From: Dimorphilus gyrociliatus
Lineage: Eukaryota > Animalia > Annelida
Reading direction: 5' to 3'
Length of the DNA: 64,000 bases
Assembly (NCBI GenBank): GCA_904063045.1
Contig: CAJFCJ010000006.1
Location: 2,408,946-2,472,945 of the forward strand
Made by a program: the position numbers and the translations under genes. The notes beneath the pieces were generated by a model. The model was not told where the DNA came from. It searched no databases and saw only the letters and a program-made list of their open reading frames with translations. Below, one piece after another: positions 39,548 through 52,795 of this stretch (its first letter is position 1; each line of letters begins with the position of its first letter).

Positions 39548-40156
39548 ACTAACTGCAAAAAGTATATTTGGCATAAAAGATTGATTCAGATAGCATTCTT
39601 TTCTTCTCCGTCTCTCAAATCCTTTAAAAAATAATTGTAATATTTAACTTACGAGAACTTATACATTTTCTTAACAAACAATGAATTTATTGTAATAAAT
39701 AAATAGAACAAACGTCAATCATTTTTATATTCAATTACAAATTGTAATTTTATCGATGAAATTGGGAAAATACAAAAAGATAGTCATCACCCTGGAGTGG
39801 AAACGGAAAGTCCTAGTTACCATAAATTTAGGAAGGGTTAATCATCGGTAAAAAAAAAATAATAATAAAGAAAAGTAGAGAAAAGCAGTATCAGAAAAGA
39901 AAAGGACGAGAGAAGAGAGAAAACACAAAGTTTATTTCTCTCTCTTTCTTTCTTTTATTCTTTTTTTCTTCTTTTCTTTCGATCTTTTCTCTTTCCTTTT
40001 TATATTTATCTAACTGATTTTATCACTTTGAAATGTCTTAACTTGAAAGTAGTAGTCGCACATAATATATATATTTAATCTTCGGCAACTTTGTCAAATA
40101 TAAAGATAAATCTTTGGAATTAAGAGAAATTCCACCTCGTTTTATTTAAATTCTTT

Positions 40157-41436
40157 TTAAAAACATCTGGTGCTTTGTTGATTTTGAAGTTGAACTAACA
40201 AATTCAAATTGAACTTGTAGGCGTATTTCCTTCCGGTTACCTTGCTTAAGATAAGCTTGTCGTAATAATATCTAAGAGCTCTGGATAGTTTGTCATAAGT
40301 CATATTTGGCCTTCGCTTTTGTACTCCCCATAACTCAGCTAATTTTGAAGGTTTTTTAATTCTGAACTGACCCTGTTAAAAATAGTATTTTTGTTAATAA
40401 TTCTTAATTATCCTAATTAATCATGAGAATATTCTAGTCGCGTTTTGTAATTAATTATGAATAATACGCTTTTAATTAATTAGTTTGTTATTGTTGGCTT
40501 TTTAAAATAAATATTTCTAAAGGATTGTTTAACGAGTTTGTTTTAAATAAAACATAATAAAACATATTACGCTGTTCCCTTCCCATTCAATTAAATCGGA
40601 ATAATCGGATGGATTATTCAATAAATCAATTAAATATTGCCAAAGTTGAATTGGTCCAGTCCTAGGAATACCTTTTTGAAGAAAAAGTATTTATTAAATA
40701 ACCTTGACACTTCTTTAAAAGTTTCCTAATTCATATGAAAATAAATTGAATAAAAAAACGAAAATGCCGTGTATAGAAGGTATAGAATTTCTTGATAAAT
40801 TAAAAACCAAATAGTAGTTCAAGTTTCTTAAAAACTATAAACGAATTGTAAACAAATAATACGATTAGCTGGAGATAACTTTTTTAATAACGGAATATTA
40901 TTAATCCATCATTCAATGTGTTAATTACAAATTACACATTAATTAACATGGATACATGTTTATTACACTCACAAAAGAATTAGGATAAAATTTAGGATAA
41001 AAGCAAACGATGTTTTGTTTATCTCTCTTCTTTACCTTTACACTCTATACTATCCTTGTTTCTATGTTTTCTATTAAAACAAGTATTTATATAAATCTTT
41101 TCAATTTAAATATTCAACAAATACAAAAGAAAATATATATGTTAATAGTTAACATTTGTTGAAAATGTAGATGACCTTTTCTATCTGTTTTTATCATTTA
41201 GATAAATAAAAGACTTTTAAAAGAATAGGAAAGAATAAAATGGAAAAAACAATTGGATAGAATAAAATGAAAGATTTTAGAGGCTAACCTATTGTTTTTG
41301 AAATGTTGCCAGTGTTAAAATCCCCTTCTAATTCGTCGATTAATCCAACAATTTCTTCAATATCATATTTTTCCAAGTCATTTTTACAAGTTTGAAATAA
41401 ATGATCAACGTAGCTTGGAGGTTGCCTAGTCTCCAT
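40157..41436 (-). CDS. Small ETS-domain transcription factor (154 aa); exons 41436-41289, 40671-40571, 40372-40157
   Basis: [13 protein letters not shown]...IEWEG joins [56 protein letters not shown], a complete ETS domain. Splice phases are consistent and total 465 nt. Not in the ORF track. Confidence 0.93.
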
Positions 41437-42903
41437 GCTTAGTTCAATAATTTTCATTTAGAATGAAAAGAGCTGTCTGGAAGGATAGGGGAGGAAGGTA
41501 GACAGGGGTTAAAAGACGAGGGCAAGACGATAGAGAGGGCCAGTGAGTCGCTTTATATATTCAGCTCGTTTTTTTTTGATTAAGGCCGGGGTTTCTTATA
41601 TAAAAACAAATTTCGGTATGCCAAGCACGTGCGGTATGCAGGACGTAGAAAGATTATTTGTGTGCTATTGCGAACACCGAATAAGTACGAAAATGAACTT
41701 ATGTAAACTATTTTTTATTTGTTAGTAGTTCTAAACTAAAAATATAAAAAAGAGAATTCCCTCGAAAGGAAATTTCCTACTAATTCCAATAAATAAACAA
41801 ATTAAACAGACAAACAACAAACTAAAGAGAATTAAAGGAGTTAAGCTATCTTTTCATTTTATTATCATTTATACAATTTCTTTGTTACGTTTCCTTTTTT
41901 ATCTTAAAAAAATGTGTAAATCATTTAACAAAAACTTGGCGGTAGGTAGAATGCATAGATACTTTTTTATTTTACTACTCTTTAATATCCCCATATATTC
42001 TTGCCTTTTCTTTCATAGACAATTTCATGTTACACATTTAAAAGAGATGTACTTTTAACTAATAATATATATCTCCATATTAATATATATATATATTGTA
42101 CGCGTATTTATTTAAACTAAGAAAAGTAAGAGTAAAAGCGGTTAGCTTGTTAAACATTTTAAGTTTATTGAAATTGAAGTTAAGATATTAAACAGGAAAT
42201 TTACTTTTAGTATTCAGTTTATATCCATATCTCTATACCGGTCGACCCTTTGAACCGGGCAAAAATATTTGAACAATACCCTCGGAATACTTTGTTATAC
42301 TATCCGATATTAGCACCCATAGATCTCTTTGTTTTGGAGCTTCCTTTTTTTTTCTCTTTACACCTAAGATTCCCTAGATAACCTTAAAGCTTTAAGGCAT
42401 TTTAGTATATTAACCAAATAGAACGTATGATTGATAAAACACTTGAATTTTTTATTAAATTATGTATTTTTATTGTTTTTGATTTCTAAATTTTTATTAC
42501 AGATAGGGTTTCCATTTAAAATTTAACAATTTCTTTCGCACTTTAATATGAAATTGCTATCTACTTAATGACTAGATATTAGTATATTAATTATTAATAT
42601 TTAGATAAATGCATTTATGTAAACAATGTAAGTATATATAAAATTTATATAAAAATACGATAAAAATCAAGAAAATTTGAAAATGAAAACGAATACAGGC
42701 TACTACTAAGATTATAGTTAAACAATAATTAAAATTTATAATAAATGAAAAAAAAAAAACAATTAAAAATTCAACACCATAAATCAGTTATTTTAAAATT
42801 CTTAGACCATGGCAAAAACAGACAAAATACTAATAAAACAGACAAAATATTTCTTTTTAAAACATATATTTAAGTAATGTAAAATGTATACTCTTATTGC
42901 TTT

Positions 42904-45201
42904 CTAATCACCTAAACTTAATTGTATTTTATCCTCGAAGAGAGCTATCAAAAGCATAATTCCAGCACCTGTTGTGATCCCCCCAATATGAAGTATCAAA
43001 GCAAACATAGTTGGATGACTGGTTTTACCACTATTTAAGTGAGGCATCATATCTGCTAAGGCAATATATATAAACATGCCGGCCGCTAAACTAAAAATCC
43101 ATGAAGATGCGGTATCGACATTTCCCAGACCGACTCCTATAACCATTCCCATTAGGCACAAAATGGAAGACAAGATATTATATAACAATGCTCTCTTTAC
43201 AGTCATACCGGCTTTTAATAAAACAGCAAAATCACCAAGTTCATGAGGTAATTCATGACAAAGTACAGCTACTGCTGTACTAACTCCACCCCCTATACCA
43301 GCAGCAAAGGCTGCTCCTATGGCAAGCCCATCCGAAAAGTTATGTAAGCCATCTCCGAATATTACCATCCAGGCAACGGCTCCCATACTATCAGGGACAT
43401 CATGACTATGACCATGACCTTTGCTTGAAGTATCTTTTTCATAACTATATGGAGTGGCAGCTGATGCTCCAGGGCTAAGATCATCCATTTCATTAACATC
43501 ATGGTCGCATTCTACGTCGACATCTGTACTTTCATCTCTTAATTTCTTTGACAGTTCTTCATCAGTCAAAATATAAGAATATCTTGAGTGATGTGTGCAC
43601 AATCTCCTAGCGACACGTGGTGAGTCGATAGTCAACATTTTTGCCTTTCTTGACCGCCTTTTCCTTTGATATCTATTCAGTATGGACAAAAGACGTTCAG
43701 CAATGAAAAACGTGTATAAACCGGCTAAGGCTACAAGTCCCTTGAAAACTCCCGACTTGTCGGCATGGGAATGATCGTCACCCTCTGCGTGACCTCCTGA
43801 AAGTGCATGAGGTATCAAGTGCAACAGAGCATCACCCGTTAAAGAACCAATTGCCAAAGCGACTAGAAAAGATAATAGATGATCATAGATTCTACTTTTC
43901 ATGAGAGGCACAGCTGCAACCCCTAACAAACCCACCATACTGATAACAAATACGCTAAGAAGAGCACAACCCCATACTTTTAAAGGTATTCTTGAAAAGT
44001 CGAATGCCTTCTTGCTAATGATAACTACATTTTGAGCTTCCTGATAACGTCGTTGCTGTTCAATACAGGCATGATCGTCAATTTGAGCAACAAGAACTGG
44101 GCAAACTTTTAAAAATTCGCTTTTGTTTATCGTCTTTTTCCTATTTTTCACCAAAAGTAATAACTCATCTGGTCGAAGGCACTGTTAGAAAAAATTAAAT
44201 AATTAGTATAACATATTTGAATATATAATAATTTATATTAACAGCTGTTTTATTAAAAATGCTGCAATATAAAAAAATCGATCCAACTTATCTACATTTT
44301 GTAAAAATAGAATTAAATATTCCCACAGCTGATTATTACTGATTCTATTGAAGAACGTATAAAAAGAATAAGTTTAGGACCCTTAATCTTATTGAGGACA
44401 AATACTAAAATAATCCCTCCAACTCATTTTTGTTATAATCATTTAAATTATACTCTATTTGTTTTTTTATGAAAATACAATATCTTTTTGGTTCAGTAAA
44501 GTTTGCAGTTGAAAACTAAAATATTATCTCATCCATCTTATTTAAATATTCCATAATATTTACTAAAACTCTTTCCATAATACAGTATATCACGTTACTA
44601 AAGTACACAATTTTTTATGTTAAAAACCACCCTTCATCTCATCGCCTAAATAAAAAAATCATTTTTTATTTACTTTGTTCGATTGTATTGTCCTTTTTTG
44701 CCTGTTGGACAGTATTTCTTCATCTTTTATATCATTTTCTTCTTGTGGACTTGTTCCTTCTTTGCTCTTATTGTTTTGACTATCAGTTTTAGAATTTTCA
44801 AGTTTCTTTTTACCATGAACATGAGAATGGCTTGAACTCGTCTTTCTCTTATTACCTTCAAGTTCGTTCGTCGCTATGTTGTCATGTTCATTATCAAGAT
44901 GGTGATCGTGATCATGCTCATGATCGTGCCCATTCTTGTCTTTAAGTGTTGGATTACCACTATAGGAATGCTCGTGAGAAGGATGAAATTCGTGAAAGCC
45001 TCCAGCTTTTTTATGATCAACTAAATCATGCTCAAGAGTAACGTTACCCAAACCCAATGCTTGTAATAAGTGTTCGAAACCTTCGAAAGGCATATTGGTT
45101 CCATTGCCGTACTTTTCAAAAATATGACGAAGGAAATACTCTTGATTGAATGCAGCAGAACATGCGACGATTAGTAAGGAGAAGATAATTAACCTACTCA
45201 T
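42904..45201 (-). CDS. SLC39A10: LIV-1 subfamily ZIP zinc importer (ZIP10/ZIP6/foi-like), paralog A; exons 45201-44674, 44181-42904
   Basis: Signal peptide, His-rich ectodomain, CPVLVAQID, LAIGSLTGDALLHLIPH, GDGLHNFSDG and HELPHELGD (HEXPHEXGD). ZIP10 versus ZIP6 orthology is not resolvable here. Confidence 0.88.
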
Positions 45202-45320
45202 TGTAAACTGAAAAGGGAAAAATAAATATATTTATTAGATTATTATGTATGGTAAAATACATATATTTAATAAATTATCTCTTTTTACACAGAGCCTAAA
45301 CATATTTTATCAAATAGATA

Positions 45321-45381
45321 GTTGGTTGCACACCATCTTTAATACTTAAGTAGATAAGATATTGTGGAGGTGTGCATCAAC
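45321..45381. promoter_or_regulatory. Inverted pair of metal-response elements in the 5'UTR intron of ZIP paralog A
   Basis: TGCACAC at 45327-45333 and GTGTGCA at 45370-45376 sit inside the imperfect inverted repeat gttggttgcacacc / ggtgtgcatcaac. Confidence 0.5.
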
Positions 45382-48207
45382 AGTCATAGTTCATACTATA
45401 CGCGGATCTTGTCTACAAAGTTCGTAAAGAAATGAAATATAAACCCAGTCAGGGGCCGATCAGTAAGCTACAAAATATATTGAACCTTTGACCCTATTCT
45501 ATTGACTCATTCCAGATCGATAGTGGTTTGGAAATCGAATGTTTATGTTGTGACAAGAACACCACACAAAGTTGCAATGAAATTTTATATTTAAACAACC
45601 CTAACAGACGTAGTTGTTATGCTTTAACAAGGATTTTTCATTTAAATTGTATTTCATTCCATATAACATCTTTTCATGCTTTATTAGACAAATAAGGGTA
45701 ATTTAATATCATCGCATTTTATCGCCCATTAAATAACTTAACGATGACGATGAAACCTGCTCTGATTGAAGGACTTTCTATCAATCGCACAATTCGTTTA
45801 GATATAATCTCGTACTTAGTATAAAGTAAAAAAAAAGGAAATACAACATGAAAATCTTTAGAAACATTCACCCATCTTTCGTATCAATAAATTGATTTTT
45901 AATCAAATTAATTAGCTAAGCAATTGATACAAACAACTTATTTCCTCAATTTGATTAATATCTCTTTATTTGAAAGTAACTTTTTTTTTCTGTCATTTAA
46001 CTTATCATTAAATATATAAAAAGGAAATTTATAAGTAAACAATTGAAAAAAAAAGTGTTTTTGACAATAGCTACTTGTTGAATATTATCAACTGTACACA
46101 GTACACGTTAACATGCTTATTTTGGGGTAAACATAACCTATAAATAAAATTGTACAATCAACCAATGATTTTAATACCGGTTTACGATTAAATCATAAGT
46201 ATCAATAGTAAAAGGCATTCTGAGACAAAATAGTTTTCTCTATGAATAATATAATGACATAAAAGTTAAAGCTTTGTAATTAACTGTTTCAAAGTGACCT
46301 AATTTATTTGGATATAAGTCAAAATTAAACCTATAGTTATTACATTTACATAAATACATGCATCATCAAAAGATTAACTCTAGAATAAAGTCGATTTTAT
46401 CATACTAAGAACTATTCCAAGAGAAATGTAAATTAGATATTAATTTCTACTTACAATTTTTTTAATTTACTGTTGGTGACTGGAACTTTTTTTGTCTGAG
46501 GTTAGAAAGGTTATGATTTATACTACTAAACGCTGCATATCAACAATAAAACATATTGAACAGAAGTAGTATTGCTATCATTTTAAATGCTAAAAGAAAG
46601 TTCCTGAGTATAACCACTCAAAGTTCTCAATGCCGTCTTCAATCTCGAATAATTTTATTATATTAGTATTAATGATTACTTTTAAATATATTAATAAATT
46701 ATAATACATATTCTCCTCTCAAAGGCTTTAAATAATAACAATGTATAAATATTCGGTTTATTTCAAATGATAACATTGATAAAAATTGCTTTTTTATCCA
46801 AAGTATTCTCTTCCTATCTATAATTAGCCTATATATTTCAGAAAATTATATTATAATTGTTAATTGTAATACCTATTATAAATGAAAAATTAGACAACCC
46901 TTGTTATCTGATCAACTGATTTAGGCTTGAAATGAAAAGTTAGAGGGAAAAATAGAAAACACACCTTGTTAGAGGAAAGTGATCATTTAACAATTGTGTA
47001 AGATCCTATAACAAGCAATATCTAATTGCAATAAATGGAATTTAAAAATTGATAATTTCACATACCTTTAATACTTGAATAAAGTTAAAGACTGTTGGAC
47101 TTAAACTTCTCTAAAGGTATTCTTTCCAAATTGTAGCGAGATAGTCTGGTAAAATGGAAGGAAAAAGGAAAAGTGTTACATTTAAAGAGTTCAACTTTTA
47201 ACTGTTCAGCGCCACCTGCATACTTCCTAACTGTCAATTATCCAATACAAAATAGTTTTTAGATAAATACTTTCCTTAATTATCAATAGAATCTAAGTAG
47301 AAATTTTCTTAAAACTATTCAATTATATTAAACGTAATATCCAAAAAGAACAAAAAGAACAGAACATTCTAAAGAATACTTCATTCGATTAATTTTTTTT
47401 TGGACATTATTAATGTAATTGTCTAATCGTCTGTTTGTTATAAAAGCAACTTTTTTTGATTAACTAATACTAAAAACGTAAATATTGAAAATATTTATAT
47501 TTTCTTGTTGCCTGTCGTATATTGATGCCTATGTTATTACTAAATACAAAATTTACGCAGTTATGCACAAAATAACAAACAAATAGGAGAGATTGACGTA
47601 ATTTCAGGAGGTTTTTACTCTTTCAAAGACAATAGTATTTGAAAAATAAATATGGGAATGTCATTTAATTTTAATACGAACAACAAAGTTGTACTCTCTA
47701 ACACGCCCCTCCCACATATTCTAACCAAGTGCGAAACCACAAATTATAAAGTAAGACATTGTTCTAAGTCCATAGTTGTTTAAATTGTTGCTAGTTATAA
47801 GAGTAACATATTTATAGACATATGCTATTATATATATTTAAAAAAAAGATGATTAAAAGAGAATAGTGTGATAAATAATTAGAAAGTGTTGTTCTAAGTT
47901 TCTGGTATTCGCATAACGGATTTTTAAGATTAAATTCGAGGTTTAATACTATTCTTACAACATTATTTTAACAGTTTAATTCATAGAAATAAACTATAGA
48001 ATTATTAATATTTTTTAGGACTTAAAATAAATAAGAGGTATATACTTTGAAAACTTTTTAACTATTACATTAAATAAGGCAGTTTTACTAAGATAACAAT
48101 ATAATATAGGCCTATAACATATAGCCAACATTATATTCACTGCACTGCTAATTATAGATTATGCGAAAAATAAGATATTAATTTTTGATCAAGTTATGAT
48201 CTCTTAC

Positions 48208-48355
48208 CTTTTAGTTTGTCTCCAATTAAAAAGTTTTTTGGTTCCAGTAGTAATGCTAGGCCTATACTATTGTAAAAATATGAGAAACTGTAGAGCTGTG
48301 TGCAGTGGAAGAGACGTGCGCAGTATGACTCGAAAATGACCTACTTGCATAAATA
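48208..48355 (-). promoter_or_regulatory. Predicted core promoter and first non-coding exon of ZIP paralog A with two MREs downstream of the start site
   Basis: On the minus strand: TATTTAT (48355-48349), Inr-like TCATAC with A at 48326 (29 nt downstream), MRE TGCGCAC 48322-48316, MRE TGCACAC 48304-48298, donor AAG/GTAAGA at 48208/48207. An acceptor ttcag lies just before the ATG at 45201. Confidence 0.65.
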
Positions 48356-49218
48356 CTGGACTCTCAAGAGACCTCAGTCATTTTTTTTCATTTTTATACT
48401 TCTTTTACTTTTTTGATATTTGCTCAATAAAAAAGAATTGATAAATTTTTTTTATATTCTTGTTAATTGCCGATAAGAAAATTGGAATTTTTCTCGATAT
48501 AAATAGCGATTAGTTTAAACCGGATATAGAATTCGTAATCTTTGTGCGTCATCTTAGACAATCGTATTTTTGCAAAAATACCATTAAACTTTCTTTTCGG
48601 TCGAAAAATATCAACGGAAAAATGTTTCAATAATTATTTTTGAATATCTAATTTTTAATCTTCAAAAATGAGATTTATTGAAAAAATATTGTGAAAATCA
48701 TAAGAAAAAACAGGGTGCAAAAAAAAAAACGGGTCACGTGACCTTTCCCAACACCATAAAATCAACTTTAGACTGCTTTCGGTGGTCAAAGAATACATCT
48801 GCGAAAGTTATATTTTCTTATTTATTTTAATATATAAATAATACATTTTTTGCAATATGGCACTCTCAACGTGTCAAAAATATTACTCTAAATGAAACTG
48901 AAGCCAAAAATACAAATTTACCTATAATAGCAAAATTATAAATGAGAATGTTTCACACTCCAACAAATAGAACATAAATAACAATTGATTGGAGAGTATC
49001 AATTTCAACCATCAAAAAACATAAAGATAACTACTGATAGAACAATTTAACTTATCAAAAGAGGTATAAATGTTTTCAAATTGTTCTTATCGAAGAATGA
49101 TTTTTTTTCGCATTGTAGATTAATACATTTCACTACAACGTTAAAAAAGGATTTTGCATTTTTTTTCTTTAACCTTGCACCATGTAAGATTATACTGCGT
49201 TTATAATAAAAACACAGA

Positions 49219-52200
49219 TCAATGATAATAGGCAATAACGAACATCCCTATCCATCCTATAAGGAGTCCTGCATTTTGGAGAAAGGCGTGTATGAAAAGT
49301 TTTTCACCTTTTCTTGAATAAATACTTGTCATTTCAGGTAGCTAAAAATAAAAATTAATCAATATAAGATTAATTTCTAATTTAAATAATAACCATGTGA
49401 GCTAAAGAAATGTAGAGAAAAGTTCCAGCAATGAAAGTGAGCATATAAGACGTCCAAAAAGTTTCTCCTATCTGGAATATAAAAAAGAAATTGCTGTTGT
49501 TAAATATTTTTTACAAAAATCTACTGTAAAATTTATAGCAAAATTATTTTTTTTATTATTATTATCTTTAACAAAAGCAGAATCTTTTAAAGGTATAATG
49601 ATCTTTAGAAATCATAAGGAATTAGTATCTATAAAGACTGTCGTGTCGTTATTTTTTAATTACCCAAAGCAAAAGAGGTTGAGCTTTTCCATTTTTCTAT
49701 ATTTTTCTATTCAACTAACTACAATGTACTCTAGTACAAGTATAGGTTTAGTAGAAATACTTTTTTAATAGTAACTTTATAGCTAAAAGACCTTACCATT
49801 ATTCCAATTACCATTCCAATAAAGCTTGTCACTGATGACAGAAAGTTATACCCAAGAGCCTGTTTTACCGACATACCAGCTCTCAGTAAAACAGCAAAAT
49901 CGCCAAATTCATGAGGAAGTTCGTGGCAAAATACTGCAATAGCTGTACTCATTCCCCCGGAAATTGATATGGAAAATGCTGTTCCAATTGCAATACCGTC
50001 GCAAAAATTATGTAGACCATCACCGAAGAGAACCATCCAAGCGACAGGTTTGATTTGCTTTTGTAATTTATCAGCTTTTCCTTTTTCAACTGAACAATTA
50101 GCTGGCGTCCCATTCTTGTGTTGATGATAGTGAACAACCCGAGAGTGCTACAAAATTGATATAGTTGTTTCAGTTGCATATTAATACTTATATATACAAA
50201 GATACTAATATATATCATACAGTACATGATACTGTATATATTAATTAGAAAGATTAAGATTAAAGAAATTACCGATGCGGAACAGTCAGTATCGGCTGGA
50301 CTTAATTCGCAGTCGTGGAAGACTTGTTGATGCATCTCATCAGCATACCTCTTCACCTCTTGATATTGAAAAAGTTGGATAAGATATTACGATTAATATT
50401 ATCAATTTAAATACTGTTTTAAAAGCAGTAAGTATGTGGTCATTACCCTTAGAATGGACAGTCATAACAATATTGTCACAATGACAATCAGTTTCTTGTG
50501 GTTGATTATTGCTGTTCAAACGTGGTCTATCTGCCTCCGAATCATGAGCGTCATTAAATGAAACTTTATTTTTAAATCCCATTGGCTAATGAACAAAAAA
50601 ATACTTTAAAAATAGTGCATAAGCCTGTGTTTTCACAAAATTACCTCCCCCTCTGTCAGAGGACAAGTTTTAGCGTTAGAGGTTAGTCCAACTCGTTCGG
50701 AAATTGTAGTTTGATTATTTTTTGTATCATTTTTGGGCTTTGTTGTCTTACTATCTGCTTTGGCTTCTTTCTTACGTCTCCGAACTTCTCCCAGCCAACT
50801 AATAATTCTTTCAAAAACAAAAAACGAATAAATTCCCACTACAGCCATTAATCCGTAAAATAAAGCCTTTCCATGTTTATCATCATCTTGGTGATTATGG
50901 CCATTATCATCTCCATGTTGATCTAAAATAGCCTGAAATTTTAAATGTCATTTTTAAAGATAAATATAACGATAGAATCTATAAATATCTTTCCTTAAAT
51001 AGTCATTTTTATTTATTTGCCACAAAAAATTAATATTCGTTTTTTAATTAAAAATAAAAATATCTCTTCTCTCAATAGAACAGGTGTTTTTTGTATTAAA
51101 AAAGAGGATACAGTGATTCACAGAAGTCTTTATAGTATTGTCTTACACAAGTGTGTTTGATATGTGAAATACCATTTTTTTGTGTGCAAAGGATACATTA
51201 GGATGTTTGTCTCTTTTATCGATATTATATACATATATGTATATACATATATATATATAGAATATGGAATATAGAATATAGGTAGTTACATTGTCTTTTT
51301 TTTTTCAATTTCAAGGTCTGACCTATTTGAAAACTTACGTGAGGTATTAAATGCATTAAGGCGTCCCCTGTTAAACAGGATACGGCTAATGCTACCAAAA
51401 AATTTAACAGATGATTGTAAAAAACCCTCTTCAATAAGGGTACCAATACAGCACAAACCAGACTAGCCAAGCTTGAAACGGTTACTGCGCATATCGAATA
51501 CACCCATATCCCTAAAATAATATGAAAAAATTGAAAATTTAAATTTAGAATGGAAAAATGCAGGGTTACATGACTTACATATTTTCTTATTCTTTTGTAC
51601 TTTCTCTTTTTCAGTGCAGAGATTGCAAGATTGGTCATCTAATTGACTAATTATTACTGGACATAATTTCATAAAGTCGTCCCTGGAAATAGCATCTCTA
51701 TTTTGTAAGCCTGGATACTGTGAATGATGGAGGCACAGATTCTGTATAAATAAATGTGAGTAAAAATGAAATTAGGACGGAATGGTTTTGCGAAACCTTT
51801 TGATTTTTTGTAAGTTGTTTATCTTTTTGAATAGAATTTGTCTGAAAATAAAACAGAATTTTTGAAGTACTGGTTGATATAAAAACAATAAGTAACACTA
51901 TTATATGTCAAAGCATTCTTTAATTTAAAAAAAAAATAGACTTACATGCATTTCATCATTGTGGCCATCATGGTCGTCATCATGACTGCTATGATTACTG
52001 TTATGATCATGATCTTTATTTAAATGTAAACTGTGTTCGTCTTTATGTTCACAGTGAACTCTCTGATATTCAGTACCAAGTTTCAACCGTTTTAAAAGTT
52101 GACCAAAATCATCAATAGTGATAGTTGTATTGAAGCCTAAATTATCAAGAACATAATCGGGGGAGAAATTTCCATTCACTCCAGAAAATAGAATAAAGAC

Positions 52201-52224
52201 TAGGGAGAAAACTGACAAAATCAT
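49219..52224 (-). CDS. LIV-1 subfamily ZIP zinc transporter, paralog B (about 9 exons)
   Basis: Signal peptide MILSVFSLVFILFSGVNG, His-rich segment, CPVIISQLD, LAVSCLTGDALMHLIPH, GDGLHNFCDG and HELPHEFGD. Terminal exons IGETFW..LYISLAHM and LPEM..IAYYH-TGA. Confidence 0.88.
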
Positions 52225-52795
52225 GGCTGTTGGATTTCTGAAATAGTGGATAATTTCAAATAAGTGATACAGATCTTAACATTTCAGTATAAATTTAAAT
52301 ACGATAGAACAGGCCGAATTTCAAATTTACATGAAAGCCTGTTATATAATCTTCTTATTTTAATTTTATAAATTCTAAAATGAATGATAGTTACGGTTGA
52401 CTGTAAGGTTAATCGATAAAATGTGCTTTAAAGCGGCGAAATATTCTTATTTGGCAAATAAAACTACTCTAGGATAATAAAAAATTATATCTGTTGCCAC
52501 AACATTTAACTATAGAGGTTATTATTCGCTTACCGGCAATTCATTAAATTTGTACGGCCTATGCTTCACATTTTTTCACATACATATTTATACATATATA
52601 TAAAATATATTTGCACCACAAGCGCTTTCGGAAAAATGATGAAATATCTAGAAATTTTGTTTCTAGCGATATAATTATTTAAATAAAATAATATGCTATA
52701 TTTTAAACTTTAATTGATTGCTTTATCACAAAATACGAAAATACGAAATTACGACACTTCCTTGTGTTAGTTTCCGGTTTACTCGTTGCAGCACC

